This document shows, piece by piece, positions 20,570-30,368 of a stretch of DNA of 64,000 nt. The stretch lies in IMG/VR virus record IMGVR_UViG_3300020530_000006, one strand, 5' to 3'. Position 1 is the first letter of the stretch, and every line of letters begins with the position of its first letter. The notes under the pieces are model-generated. The model had not been told where the DNA came from. It searched no databases and saw nothing but the letters and a program-made list of their open reading frames with translations. Origin of the DNA: a virus. A program made the position numbers and the translations under genes.

Positions 20570-20915
20570 TATAAGTCTATATTATAAAACTATAGACGAA
20601 AATATTTTTAAAGAACAAGCATTTGTGGAACTTATAAACATGCTTGTAAAAAAAGAATTAATTTATAAGTATAAATACGCGTTCTATACTGACGCATATT
20701 TACTAAAAACTAATATTTATATACCAAATTTTCATACTATGTATTTGGCTAATGGCAGTCATAATGTGGTGATAAAAAATAGTGAGGATCTTTGGCTTTT
20801 AGAAATATTTAATAATAATCGTTATTATGTTCTAGACGATCCAAATGATACTTTCGATTACGAAAGTCATGGGATTATAAAATTACGTCAACTAAAAGAT
20901 ATAGGGATAGAATAA
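20538..20915 (+). CDS. Hypothetical protein
   Basis: ORF filling the gap after the cluster; start at 20523 or 20538. Confidence 0.6.
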   Translation: MELQNSSKIIDISLYYKTIDENIFKEQAFVELINMLVKKELIYKYKYAFYTDAYLLKTNIYIPNFHTMYLANGSHNVVIKNSEDLWLLEIFNNNRYYVLDDPNDTFDYESHGIIKLRQLKDIGIE

Positions 20916-20916
20916 A

Positions 20917-21708
20917 ATGAATTATGAAAATTTATCCGATGAAAAAAAAACAGAGTTATTAAAAAAGCTATACATCAAAGAACAAAAATCATTTAAGCAA
21001 ATTGCGGATGATTTAGGCTCCTATTCTAATAAGATTCGGAGAGATGCAAAAAAATTAAATATACCAATTAGAACAAAAAGCGAAGCTCAAAAAAATGCTT
21101 TAAGCAATGGTACGATAAAGCATCCGACCAAGGGTAAAAAAAGACCAGATGATGTCAAAGCTAAAATAGGTTTGTCTGTTATGCAAAGTTGGGAGAATCT
21201 GACCGAGCAAGAATTTAAACAAAGGCAAAAAAAAGCCAAAGACACATGGGAGTCCATGAGCGAAGATCAAAAAGAACGAATGGTAAAACTAGCCAATGAG
21301 GCTGTAAGATCGTCTAGTAAGACTGGGTCTAAGTTAGAAAAGTTTTTATTGGATAGTTTGATTAAAAATGGATATCGAGTAGAATTTCATAAAGAACAAA
21401 ACTTACTGAATACAAAACTACAGATAGATATATTTTTACCAGAAATTAATACTGCTATAGAAGTTGATGGTCCGTCGCATTTCTTGCCAGTTTGGGGAGA
21501 AGAATCTTTAAAAAGAAACATCAAGTATGACAATAAAAAAACAGGACTTTTGCTCGGCAAAGGCTGTGCTATCATAAGAATAAAGCAAACCAAGGATTTC
21601 TCACCAGCACGAGCGAGTTTAATAGCACAATCAGTTCTAGACGAGCTTGCAAAAATAAAAAATAAATTTCCGGAACCCAATAATAGGACTATAGAAATAG
21701 GAGACTAA
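20917..21708 (+). CDS. Free-standing homing-endonuclease-like protein (HTH/NUMOD3 + Vsr/DUF559 EDxHD nuclease)
   Basis: KSFKQIADDLG HTH, HPTKGKKRPDDVKAKIG NUMOD3-like, SKLE...IDIFLP..TAIEVDGPSHF...DNKK. Confidence 0.7.
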   Translation: MNYENLSDEKKTELLKKLYIKEQKSFKQIADDLGSYSNKIRRDAKKLNIPIRTKSEAQKNALSNGTIKHPTKGKKRPDDVKAKIGLSVMQSWENLTEQEFKQRQKKAKDTWESMSEDQKERMVKLANEAVRSSSKTGSKLEKFLLDSLIKNGYRVEFHKEQNLLNTKLQIDIFLPEINTAIEVDGPSHFLPVWGEESLKRNIKYDNKKTGLLLGKGCAIIRIKQTKDFSPARASLIAQSVLDELAKIKNKFPEPNNRTIEIGD

Positions 21709-21709
21709 A

Positions 21710-22471
21710 ATGATGGCAAGACCAAAAAAGAATTCTACAGAAACTACGGAGGTAGAGGCGGTGTGTTCGGAATCGACCAAAAACACAAATGATATGAATA
21801 AGCCTAATCAAAACGATATTGGTTGGACAGACTATGTTCTAGGATTGTTGTCTGATGACGAGAAAATAAGCGGCAACCCTACTACGGACGGATTAAGGCG
21901 TGTCTTTGAAATAGCATTAAATTGTGCTGTTGTAGAATCTACTAGTAATGTTGTTCAAACCCCCGATATTAACAACGAAAAACGAGCAACTGTGGTTCAT
22001 ACCATAGGCTATATATTAAATAATTCCGACAGCAACAGCGATCCCATGCTTTTAAATATGAGGACTGTGAGCGGCGCTGCGGACGTTTATTGGGGTAATT
22101 GCGACAAGGTGTTTAGAAATCATCCGGTTGCCGTTGCCGAAACACGAGCCGAAGGACGAGCATTAAGACGAGCACTTAAACTACGCAAAGTAGTGGCTGC
22201 GGAAGAATTGGCCAAAGATATTGAGGACCATCCTGATCATGATACTGTAAATAAGATTACTAATAATCAGATTAATTTTATTGATGTTCTTAGTAAAAGA
22301 CTAGATATCAATGTTAATAAGATGCTAGAAAAACTTGGATACGAAAGCAAGAATATCTATAATATAGAGCATGCAAATGCTATTGAAATTAGTAAACTAT
22401 TATCGTCATATCAGCAAGATATTTCCGCAATCACTGAGGATATAAAAGGATATGACACAAACTGGAAGTAG
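21710..22471 (+). CDS. Rad52/Sak-like single-strand annealing protein
   Basis: VSGAAD...AVAETRAEGRALRRAL; C-terminal ITNNQINFI helical module. Confidence 0.6.
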   Translation: MMARPKKNSTETTEVEAVCSESTKNTNDMNKPNQNDIGWTDYVLGLLSDDEKISGNPTTDGLRRVFEIALNCAVVESTSNVVQTPDINNEKRATVVHTIGYILNNSDSNSDPMLLNMRTVSGAADVYWGNCDKVFRNHPVAVAETRAEGRALRRALKLRKVVAAEELAKDIEDHPDHDTVNKITNNQINFIDVLSKRLDINVNKMLEKLGYESKNIYNIEHANAIEISKLLSSYQQDISAITEDIKGYDTNWK

Positions 22472-22479
22472 GGTGTTAT

Positions 22480-22806
22480 ATGAAATTAAATTACAAGGTT
22501 AGTGATAAACTACAATTTGAACTTGAGGGTGCTGGTCAAAAAGAAGTATTTAAGGAATTAGCTATTATTCAAGAAATTTTTGGCGAGAAAAATTGTGGTT
22601 TGTGCGGTAAGGATAGTATCAGATTTGTGGTTCGTAATGTTGAAGATAATGATTATTATGAACTACGATGTGATTGTGGTGCTATACTAGCATTTGGTCA
22701 GCATAAAAAGGGTGGCACTCTATTTCCAAAACGCAAAGATGATGAGGGTAACTATTTGCCAAATAAAGGCTGGCATAAATGGAATAAAGAAGTTAAGGAT
22801 AGGTGA
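22480..22806 (+). CDS. Hypothetical zinc-binding protein
   Basis: CGLCG...ELRCDCGA. Confidence 0.7.
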   Translation: MKLNYKVSDKLQFELEGAGQKEVFKELAIIQEIFGEKNCGLCGKDSIRFVVRNVEDNDYYELRCDCGAILAFGQHKKGGTLFPKRKDDEGNYLPNKGWHKWNKEVKDR

Positions 22807-23300
22807 TGAGTCCTCTTTATTTTAATAATGGAAAATTATTAATAGTTAATGGTAAGTTAGCAACTAACAGCAATTGCTGCTGCGGCGGCGGATGCCCGCC
22901 GGGCTCAACGTGCTGTGGCTACTACCAATACAAGGTCGATTACTGCGAACAGGTTGGCGGCGAGTGGGTGCAAGCGTTCGGTTCAAACCCTGGAGATCCC
23001 TGCGAGTGCTGCAATGGCTTTGAAAGCAGAGTTTGGTTTGAGGGCGACCTAGGCTTTGGACTTATTCGCGTCCTTGAATGCCACCGGTACTGGTGCGGCG
23101 AGGAAGTAAGCGGAATCCCCGACTACTGTTGCGGCGACAACGTGACGCAAGAGCAATCAGACTTTTGCAGCCTGTGGTGGATGCGGCTGTCAGGTCAAAT
23201 CCCATCGGACTTGGTTGACCCGGACGCCGTGTGTGCCTATGCCTCATCGTACCCCGCTGATGTCATACAGATTGGGTGCGTCGAGAACCCGTTGCCATGA
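22806..23300 (+). CDS. Cysteine-rich protein
   Basis: GKLLIVNGKLATNSNCCC leader followed by many Cys; everything after CCC is GC-rich. Confidence 0.75.
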   Translation: MSPLYFNNGKLLIVNGKLATNSNCCCGGGCPPGSTCCGYYQYKVDYCEQVGGEWVQAFGSNPGDPCECCNGFESRVWFEGDLGFGLIRVLECHRYWCGEEVSGIPDYCCGDNVTQEQSDFCSLWWMRLSGQIPSDLVDPDAVCAYASSYPADVIQIGCVENPLP

Positions 23301-23450
23301 TCCGCTGCCACCTGCACCACCTAGAGGCCCGCTGCCGTCAGCGTGGCTACACGCTCGACGAGGTGCGGCCGTGCATCGTGAGTCAAGACGGCGACACGAT
23401 CACGGTTGACGAGACACATCCGGCTTACCCGAGTGTGCCGAAGCCGGGAC
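22875..23450. other. GC-rich patch (about 60% vs about 30% background, by eye), probably recently acquired
   Basis: Abrupt switch to GC-ending codons inside ORF 22806 and back again inside ORF 23297. Confidence 0.85.
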
Positions 23451-23740
23451 TATCCTCTGAAACAAAGATTTCACCAAATCCACACACCCCTATCTCTGGC
23501 GTCGGCACAGAATTAAAAAAACTTTTAGGTAAAATTGGAATCAAAGCAACTCCTAATTGCTCATGTAATAAAAAAGCATTACTAATGGATACTAATGGTA
23601 TAGAGTGGTGCGAAAAGAATGTTGATACTATAGTTGGATGGTTAAGAGAAGAAGCGACCAAAAGAAAACTGCCCTTTATTGATATGGCAGGAAGAATATT
23701 AGTTAAACGAGCTATAGGTAATGCTAAGAAGCGGATATAA
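23297..23740 (+). CDS. Hypothetical protein (MIRCHLHHLEARC...HPAYP module + GTELKKLL...CSC...W domain)
   Basis: ATGA overlap start at 23297; the N-module is GC-rich and the C-domain AT-rich. Confidence 0.75.
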   Translation: MIRCHLHHLEARCRQRGYTLDEVRPCIVSQDGDTITVDETHPAYPSVPKPGLSSETKISPNPHTPISGVGTELKKLLGKIGIKATPNCSCNKKALLMDTNGIEWCEKNVDTIVGWLREEATKRKLPFIDMAGRILVKRAIGNAKKRI

Positions 23741-24091
23741 ATTTAGAAGCAAAACCTTTAGCGGTACATCCTTCTAGGATAGAATACCCAGCACTATTTG
23801 AAACTTTGATTGTTCTTCCTATAAGATCAATATCTCCTCCTGTTACTTTTTCTACACTAAGCCAAGCAAAACCGCTATTAATTTTGGTGATAGTACCAAA
23901 GGATGTGAGATCGAATTAGCAGGATGGCAACCTGACGATTGCCCTGGACATATAGCTAGTGTGCAATTAATTAAAAATTAATTTATAATAATAAATCACA
24001 AATAATAGATAATCTATGGTTACACATAGATAAAGGATCAGAAAAAATGACACCAGCAAGACAGTCTCTTATAGACTATATAGATAAATAA
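23741..24091. pseudogene. Gene remnants at the convergence of the two transcription arms
   Basis: Start-less protein-like frames: minus FGTITKINSGFAWLSVEKVTGG...; plus GCEIELAGWQPDDCPGH... and NLWLHIDKGS... Confidence 0.35.
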
Positions 24092-24093
24092 TA

Positions 24094-27000
24094 TTATGGT
24101 GGTGGCGTTTCTTCTGGAGAAGCGCATTCAGTAAGTTCATAAATAGTCAAGCATCCATTACTGTCTAAGCCAAGCACTCCAGCACCACCTGATCCTAATC
24201 CAGCTAAACATTCTTTAAGACCACAAACGTCCGGACATTCTGTTGGTGGAGTAGTTTCTGTAGTCGTTTCTGTAGTCGTTTCTGTAGTAGTAGTTGTGGT
24301 AGTTGTGGTAGTAGTTGGCGTTGTTTCAGTTGTTGTGGTTGTTGTTGTCGTAGTAGTAGAGCACAAACACTCATATGGTTCTTGATTAACAGCCGAGCTT
24401 TCTAAAACAATATATTTGCCATCATTAAAAGCTGCGTATACAACAGTTCCTTTACATAAATTTCTTCCTAGAAAATCTGATATTAAGATTGTAGAGGCAG
24501 TAATATCAGTCATTAAATTTTCGCCATTAGGACCATATATTCCATAATTTTCATAAAATGGACCGTCGTTACTATGAGGATTTAAAAGAATAGCGTCGGT
24601 AGAGCCATATGGTGACAAATCAGATAATAATTGAGCAACGATAATTCTGTCTGATGGTGGGCATACCCAAACACCACGATCTCGATCCCATCTTAAATCT
24701 ATTGGACCAGCTGGCCATGTTTTGGGATTCTCTAACCAGTTGGTCATAAAGTTATTTTTGGTACCTTCTGACTTAAATGTTCCAGCCTCGGCCATTGCTG
24801 GCGAATCTATAATATTTGGAATTGGTTTATTCTCAGTATCATATCCCCAAGATTGTAATACTAATGGACCACGCAAAGCAGCAAACCCATAATCTTCTTC
24901 ATTTTGTTTTTTAGTCTTGTCTTCTAATTCAGAAACTTTATCTCCAAATGCCACATATTGAATATTAAATCCTTCTGCTGAAACTCCCCTACCTCCCCAA
25001 TCTTGCAGTAATTTCTTAGATAAAATAGGATTTAAAAATTTTTGATTAATAGGTATTCTTTCCGGATTTCCATTTTTGAAAATGGGAGGCATCGGTGGTC
25101 TACTTTTAGTCAATCTATTTTCAGATTCTTTTGTTCTATCTATTGCTGGAGTCATTGAACCTTTATACTCATTAGCAGAATCTAGATTATATTTCGAAAA
25201 TCTGGCCAATCCACCACGAGTTCCACCAAGAGAAATAGGAGTTAAAAGACCATCCATAGACATAATAGCGATATTTTTAAAACCCGCGCCATTTACAGCA
25301 TCCTCTATTTCATGTTTAGCATTTAATCCTATCTCATATAATTTCGATCTACTTGCGCTACCTGATGATGGACTTGATGTAGAAGGAGTTCCCTGTGTAA
25401 CTTCACATTTGTCTTTAGCTTTTTTTTCTGTGGCCCAGCCGGTTCTGCTTCCATATCCACCACTAGTATTTGTATTAGTGTCTTTATCATAAAATCCACC
25501 CATGAGTAAAAATCCAGGACTAGCGGCATGTTGCATACCTTGCTGTGGCAAATTTAGTTTATCTAATACTTTAGAAACCGCGGATAAAGCACCATATATA
25601 CCGCTAATCATCTTTCTTCTTTGGTCTTTAATTTTATCAAGAACCTGACTTCTTACAGTATTATTTTCTCTTACCAAAGAAGCTATTGCTTGTCCATAAT
25701 CTGCGTATTTTTTAGAAAAGGTTTTAAATGAATAGCTTGTTGTCACACCTCCACTACCATTATAGTTTACATTAATATTATCTACAAAAATTCCAGCTTG
25801 TAAAAAGTATTGAACATTATATCCTGGAGGTTCTGCAAGAGTGAATGATCCATTTTCCGAGATATTAGATGTTCTAATTCCTTGAGACGCCAGGGCATTG
25901 CCCACAGTATATAGTCCTGACCAGCCGCCATAATTCCATGGATTAAGATCAGTAGCAACACTAACTTTTGTTGAGCCAATTGCTCCTCCACCACCAACAA
26001 ATGGACCATAAACATAAACATTGCTTTTCATTGGAACTACTGCATTTTCTATCGCTCCAGCAGCAAAATTCATTTCAAAAATATTAAATGATGTTACATC
26101 AGAGAATCCCTTGTCTCTCTTTATTAATTCATCATATTTATCTGTTCCAAAAAGAACAGCAAAAGCACGAAGTCCTTTATTTAATAAATAATTTTTTTCT
26201 TCTCCAAAATAAGGCAAGCATGCTACAGCACTTTCTGTTTGTATTAAAATTTCTGGAAAAGAAGTATTGGCATTGGTAAAAATAGGATTACCAGCAGCAC
26301 TACATTTTAAATAAATTCTATCATTTTTTATAATATATGATGTAGAAGTCATTTCTCTTGGAGCTATTCTGAATTGAGTTTCTTTTCCTGCTATAGTTTT
26401 TTTGCTACCTCCAAGACTAGAAAAATCAACAAATCCAGAAATTCTATTATCTGGCGTTTCAAATAAAACAGTATCTTGACCAACCACAAGACCTCTAATT
26501 CCTCCACTAAGTTGACCTTCGCTGGGATATCCTCCATCAGAAGGCACATCAGATAAATAATATTGGCCAGTATCACTATAAACAATGCTAGCATTACTTC
26601 GTGGATATCTACAAAAATTATTCACAGGTATTATATATTTTTTAGCATAATATTCATCAATAAAAGATCTAAACCACTGATATGCCTGATCATATAAAGC
26701 ATATTTTGCTGCTGAATTAGCTTTTGATGGAATCTTAGATAAACTATTCATTGCTTGTTTCCAATCTATAGTTTTGGAATCACGCTTGAATAGTACGTTA
26801 TAAGCATCTATTACACTTTGACCAATACTATCGTTTAAACCAAGAGCCTTAATAATAGCTCCAGATAAGCCTTTTTTATTCATTGTTAAACCATACATTA
26901 ACCACATCTGTTGTGATCCAGAACATATGATTTCTTCTTCAGAAACATAATAATCATCAACACCCAAGTTTATTCCTATAGATTTTAGACTTCTAACATC

Positions 27001-28014
27001 CAAAACAAATGTAAAATTACTGTTATATATCCTTTGTGGATTGCCTTTGGAGTCATATCCCATAAACATAGCTATTGGTCTTCTAGAAGCTGACACGTCT
27101 GCTAGGTATTGTACTTTATCTCCTATTATAACTTTATTACTAGGTTCGTATATTTCTTGAGATCCTTCTTCACTACTAATGAGCGTACCTGTTCCTTTAG
27201 CTGTACCTATTATATTTTGTATAACTCCTAAGCTTGGCTCTATAGATCTATCTATCAGCCAAACAACTATTGCCGAACCAACAAGCTCTACAAAATAATC
27301 ACAAGCTACATCTTGACAGGCTTTATCTATTAGTCCAGACAAAGACTCGCTTTCACCGCTTAGTCTTGACCAAAAAGCTTTGCCTCTCACTGTCGATGCT
27401 AGGAGACTCATTTCTATTCTTAATGGATCTCCTGCGGTTGTATATACTGTTTGTCCTCCTAATGCTTCTAAAACCTTATATGTTTGTACTCCATTCTCTG
27501 GACTATATCCCGATAATGCTGAATTACCGAAAGCATTGCAAGATCCAACCCTAGGCCAATTTTCAGAATCCTCTCCTGGCGGACAAACAGCAACTCCTGG
27601 TTCTAAATTATCAAAAACATTTATAAAATTAGCTATTCCATTGATAGGACAGTAATAGTCTTTATACATAACAGTAACATTTTCAAGAATTCTTTTTGGA
27701 TCAATAATTTTTATTTTAAAAATAAATCCTGAAGCTGTAATAGAGTATGTTGATTCATTAACAATGCCTCCAAAAACAAGAGCATTGCATTGAAATCTAA
27801 CAGCTTTACCTACTGGTGGTAGAATTGTTGGAATAGTAGATACATTATTGCATCCACCGAATAAAAAAGATAATTCTAATGTGGAAGATCCTGATCCAAC
27901 ACCTAAATTAAGAGAAAAGTCTTGTAATGTAACAGAGCCGCTTATGGCTGCTCCGCCACCATTTACATAAGTAAAACTAAAAGAGGCTGGTGCGGAAGTA
28001 CATAGTGTTGACAT
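24094..28014 (-). CDS. Large tail-tip/baseplate-associated structural protein with Thr-rich stalk and Cys-rich C-terminus
   Basis: 1306 aa, last gene of the tail module downstream of the tape measure; hub-like N-terminus; poly-Thr linker. Confidence 0.55.
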   Translation of the reverse strand: MSTLCTSAPASFSFTYVNGGGAAISGSVTLQDFSLNLGVGSGSSTLELSFLFGGCNNVSTIPTILPPVGKAVRFQCNALVFGGIVNESTYSITASGFIFKIKIIDPKRILENVTVMYKDYYCPINGIANFINVFDNLEPGVAVCPPGEDSENWPRVGSCNAFGNSALSGYSPENGVQTYKVLEALGGQTVYTTAGDPLRIEMSLLASTVRGKAFWSRLSGESESLSGLIDKACQDVACDYFVELVGSAIVVWLIDRSIEPSLGVIQNIIGTAKGTGTLISSEEGSQEIYEPSNKVIIGDKVQYLADVSASRRPIAMFMGYDSKGNPQRIYNSNFTFVLDVRSLKSIGINLGVDDYYVSEEEIICSGSQQMWLMYGLTMNKKGLSGAIIKALGLNDSIGQSVIDAYNVLFKRDSKTIDWKQAMNSLSKIPSKANSAAKYALYDQAYQWFRSFIDEYYAKKYIIPVNNFCRYPRSNASIVYSDTGQYYLSDVPSDGGYPSEGQLSGGIRGLVVGQDTVLFETPDNRISGFVDFSSLGGSKKTIAGKETQFRIAPREMTSTSYIIKNDRIYLKCSAAGNPIFTNANTSFPEILIQTESAVACLPYFGEEKNYLLNKGLRAFAVLFGTDKYDELIKRDKGFSDVTSFNIFEMNFAAGAIENAVVPMKSNVYVYGPFVGGGGAIGSTKVSVATDLNPWNYGGWSGLYTVGNALASQGIRTSNISENGSFTLAEPPGYNVQYFLQAGIFVDNINVNYNGSGGVTTSYSFKTFSKKYADYGQAIASLVRENNTVRSQVLDKIKDQRRKMISGIYGALSAVSKVLDKLNLPQQGMQHAASPGFLLMGGFYDKDTNTNTSGGYGSRTGWATEKKAKDKCEVTQGTPSTSSPSSGSASRSKLYEIGLNAKHEIEDAVNGAGFKNIAIMSMDGLLTPISLGGTRGGLARFSKYNLDSANEYKGSMTPAIDRTKESENRLTKSRPPMPPIFKNGNPERIPINQKFLNPILSKKLLQDWGGRGVSAEGFNIQYVAFGDKVSELEDKTKKQNEEDYGFAALRGPLVLQSWGYDTENKPIPNIIDSPAMAEAGTFKSEGTKNNFMTNWLENPKTWPAGPIDLRWDRDRGVWVCPPSDRIIVAQLLSDLSPYGSTDAILLNPHSNDGPFYENYGIYGPNGENLMTDITASTILISDFLGRNLCKGTVVYAAFNDGKYIVLESSAVNQEPYECLCSTTTTTTTTTTETTPTTTTTTTTTTTETTTETTTETTPPTECPDVCGLKECLAGLGSGGAGVLGLDSNGCLTIYELTECASPEETPPP
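24243..24359 (-). repeat. Thr-codon low-complexity tandem repeat (TTTTT/TTET/TTP)
   Basis: Runs of GTA/GTT/GTG triplets on + and a repeated 12-mer gtagtcgtttct. Confidence 0.9.
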
Positions 28015-28016
28015 TA

Positions 28017-30365
28017 TTATTTCCTTATAAATATCTTTTCATTATATGATACAAAGTCCAGGAAAACCTCCTCACCAGAATTGTTTTCTATAGTAACTTT
28101 CGTCTCATTCTGATATAGTCCTAAAGAATTAAGATTATCTTGATCTCCTATAATTGTATATACACCCGGAATCAAGTTTGCAAACTTTGTTGACACACTA
28201 AAGGATTTTTTATAATTTTTTGGCCCATATATATAACATTTTATATTTTTACTTAAATTTATACTTATACTAGACGTATTAGTAGTATCTGATGTTTGAT
28301 CAACGACAACAAATGTTTGATCTAAAATACTTGTGGATAGAACCACCGGTTCTGATTCAATCAAGGGACTAGAAGGTAATTTTGTTTCTTCAATTATAAT
28401 AGGATCATAACCCAGGTAAACAAAAATATCTCCATATAAAAATTTATCTAATACTTGTGAATTATAGGACTGGATAGTTCTTTTAGCAGTAAGGAAGTGA
28501 TCGTCGTAGGAAATTTGATTTGAGTTGTATCTTATATTTCTGGGAATATTATTATATAAGTCTTTGATTCTAATTATATAGAATCCATTTTGAATATTTT
28601 GTACAGATGTGACATTTTTTATAATCTGTTGTCCTTTATATAAGGAGAACAATGATTCCGACCCTTGATCTATGTAGAAATAGTCTATATTGTATATATT
28701 TTCTGTTATTGTATTGTCTGGATTTTCGAATGCGTTATTACCAATAATATTAAAATTAATAAGACTCGTATATTCAACATTCTCTTTGTTATATAAAGAA
28801 ATATTATTTATGTTATTAAAATTATTGATTGTTTTTAAAATATTTTTAATATTAATAATGTATAAATATTCATCTTTAGATATAGCGCAGTATGTTGCGT
28901 TAACGTTGACATTTTCATTCAGAATATTGAACTGTTCTAGAAAATTAATAACTGTAACGGCACCAATTTCGTAGGTGTTTATTTGAGTAATTTTTTTAAT
29001 ATTCTCAAGATAATATTCTGTATTGTCTAAGTCTATATCTCCAATTATTATATTTATATTTCCACCATTATAAAATTCTGGATATTCTAAACCATTAAGA
29101 ATAAAACTACCTCTAACTAAACTAATATTTTCTGGATCTAGATTACCATGTTTGTCTAGTCCAAGAGTAACGTCGAAAGATTGATCTTTATCAACAAATT
29201 TAATTTCAGAATTCATAAATTCAGGATTATTATTTAGATTGATTGAAGGAGCTATATAGAAATAGTAAAACCAATTATCTGAATTATTGTCTAGTCTTAA
29301 AATTTCTATTTTTTCATCTCCAATACAATATTTATTTAGCAAGTTTTTAACTATGGAATATTCATAAATTTGTCCATCGATAGATAAATTAATACTATCC
29401 TTAGTTTTTTTGTCTTTGATTTTTTGCCAAACCTCAGAATTAGAAACGATTAATTTGTATGGAACTAGAATAGTATTAAAAATAGGTATTGGTTCTCTAT
29501 ATATATAAATTTGATTATCTTCATTGTTTGCTTCTATCTGAAGATTAACAGATATCTCGTTGATATTTGGTAAAACAATACTAGTTTGAGTGGAACATCC
29601 ATAATCATTGCTAACCGTTAGGTCGTATGTTCCTGGAGTTAATAAATCATTAAATATATATACATAATTATTTTCGTTTATATTATCTAAATATTTAGTT
29701 TCTAATGGATGAACATATATCTTTTCTTCTGTAGTAGTATTGGAAAAAATAAAAGAAAATGGACCATATCCATTAACATTACACTCTAGATAAACATAAC
29801 TATCTAATAATTTAGGAGGTAATGTTCTAGTAACAGAAAACACAATTCTACTATCTTTAATTTCAATTGTTCGTGGCCAACGATAAGAACATCCAGCGCT
29901 ATCAGATAATAATACTGTATATTCTCCATGAACTATATCGTTAAATCTTATATTATTTGTTTCTGTTGTTGTAGATTGAGAATCAATTGAGCAAAAATAG
30001 GGTGGGGTTCCACCACTTATTTCAAGATATATATAGCCATTATTATTTTCACACGCATATTCTGAATATTTTAATTCTGTTATGGATAACTCTGGAGGAG
30101 ATGTTATAGTTACAGAGTATACGTCTCCTTCAGCATCTGATGATGTGCTTACAACTTTGAATGTGTATGTGCCGTTAGATAAATTTGTTGCTATAAATCC
30201 ATCATTAGATATAAAAGAGCTTTCAGAAAAATTGCCACCCCATTGTATGACATAGTTTTCATAAGCGCTTGTTTCGGACTCATCGAATTCTATATTTTCA
30301 ATAAATATACTAGCAATATTATTATCAAAACAAGTATTGTTGATTGTCGAATATATTATTTCCAT
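28017..30365 (-). CDS. Asn/Ile-rich beta-sandwich protein with SprB-like repeats, probably virion-associated
   Basis: ISGGTPPY...GEYTVLLSDSAGC, LTPGTYDLTVSNDYGCS, LIPGVYTI. Confidence 0.55.
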   Translation of the reverse strand: MEIIYSTINNTCFDNNIASIFIENIEFDESETSAYENYVIQWGGNFSESSFISNDGFIATNLSNGTYTFKVVSTSSDAEGDVYSVTITSPPELSITELKYSEYACENNNGYIYLEISGGTPPYFCSIDSQSTTTETNNIRFNDIVHGEYTVLLSDSAGCSYRWPRTIEIKDSRIVFSVTRTLPPKLLDSYVYLECNVNGYGPFSFIFSNTTTEEKIYVHPLETKYLDNINENNYVYIFNDLLTPGTYDLTVSNDYGCSTQTSIVLPNINEISVNLQIEANNEDNQIYIYREPIPIFNTILVPYKLIVSNSEVWQKIKDKKTKDSINLSIDGQIYEYSIVKNLLNKYCIGDEKIEILRLDNNSDNWFYYFYIAPSINLNNNPEFMNSEIKFVDKDQSFDVTLGLDKHGNLDPENISLVRGSFILNGLEYPEFYNGGNINIIIGDIDLDNTEYYLENIKKITQINTYEIGAVTVINFLEQFNILNENVNVNATYCAISKDEYLYIINIKNILKTINNFNNINNISLYNKENVEYTSLINFNIIGNNAFENPDNTITENIYNIDYFYIDQGSESLFSLYKGQQIIKNVTSVQNIQNGFYIIRIKDLYNNIPRNIRYNSNQISYDDHFLTAKRTIQSYNSQVLDKFLYGDIFVYLGYDPIIIEETKLPSSPLIESEPVVLSTSILDQTFVVVDQTSDTTNTSSISINLSKNIKCYIYGPKNYKKSFSVSTKFANLIPGVYTIIGDQDNLNSLGLYQNETKVTIENNSGEEVFLDFVSYNEKIFIRK

Positions 30366-30368
30366 ACA

